Origin: Minisyncoccia bacterium
GTDB lineage: Bacteria; Patescibacteriota; Minisyncoccia; Phycocordibacterales; Phycocordibacteraceae
Assembly: GCA_038212075.1 (NCBI GenBank)
Contig: JBBQUV010000005.1
Span: forward strand, 9,984 to 73,983
Reading direction: 5' to 3'
Length of the DNA: 64,000 bases
In this document: in pieces, positions 63,963 through 64,000 of the stretch
Numbering within the stretch: position 1 is the stretch's first letter
How the letters are laid out: each line of letters opens with the position of its first letter
The notes under the pieces: generated by a model
The model's database searches: none
The model's input: the letters and a program-made list of their open reading frames with translations, nothing else
What the model was told of the DNA's origin: nothing
Position numbers and translations under genes: made by a program

Positions 63963-64000
63963 TGCGCGGTGTAGGACTTGAACCTACGACCCTCTCAACG
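63963..64000 (-). tRNA. truncated tRNA (3' half only; continues beyond the window), identity undetermined
   Basis: minus-strand reading ...GUAGG-UUCAAGU-CCUAC-ACCGCGC-A: T-arm plus 3' acceptor strand plus discriminator. Confidence 0.55.

Noticed and set aside
1-64000. Search for a CRISPR array, transposase, integrase or phage genes
   Set aside because: I saw no regularly spaced direct repeats and no DDE, serine or tyrosine recombinase motifs. The only repeats found are the short gene-fragment duplication, the intergenic hairpins and the paralogous ABC genes.

Overview
This 64-kb window is gene-dense chromosomal DNA from what looks like an uncultivated bacterium of moderate GC. Genes lie on both strands with very short spacers, and many starts and stops overlap (ATGA/TAATG), so much of it is operonic. 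Core content: typA/bipA, lepA, valS, tsaD, an ABC-F ATPase, a DEAD-box helicase, a RsuA/RluB-type pseudouridine synthase, a riboflavin module (riboflavin kinase, riboflavin synthase, lumazine synthase), an ATP-cone ribonucleotide reductase, murJ, mltG, msrA, a DsbA-like protein, an NrdH-like glutaredoxin, an ECF sigma/anti-sigma pair, lemA plus an htpX-like gene, Hsp20 plus a PrsW-like protease, a ZIP transporter, PAP2, DoxX, DedA, and a NUDIX plus RelA/SpoT-HD pair. RNA genes missing from the ORF track: RNase P RNA (rnpB, minus strand about 45990-46342), tRNA-Ser(GGA), tRNA-Gly(CCC), tRNA-Arg(CCU), tRNA-Phe(GAA), and a truncated tRNA on the minus strand at the right edge. I saw no CRISPR array, transposase, integrase or phage structural gene. 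Accessory-looking content: (1) a translationally coupled operon of about 10 kb (172-10296) of lipid-modifying enzymes: a Cfa-like methyltransferase, an LPLAT acyltransferase, an extended SDR, a BtaA/DUF3419-like protein, a UbiA-family prenyltransferase, a PEP-synthase/rifampin-phosphotransferase-like enzyme, a tandem-GNAT protein and a CTP-transferase-family polyprenol-kinase/CarS-like protein. This combination matches no pathway I know. (2) A diverged duplicate of the promoter-proximal 5' end of the HI0933-flavoprotein gene (11476-11589) flanks a 2.5-kb insert (11590-14104) encoding a small membrane protein and a 654-aa exported orphan protein. (3) Two unrelated hypothetical proteins share a C-terminal acidic poly-proline 'PPPLP' tail. 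(4) An ABC-exporter paralog is interrupted by one in-frame TAG. (5) A -10-like hexamer (TATACT/TATAGT/TATAAT) recurs 6-8 nt upstream of start codons with no Shine-Dalgarno, which suggests widespread leaderless mRNAs. All coordinates and motifs were read by eye from the sequence; no searches were run, so family assignments rest on remembered motifs and need HMM confirmation.
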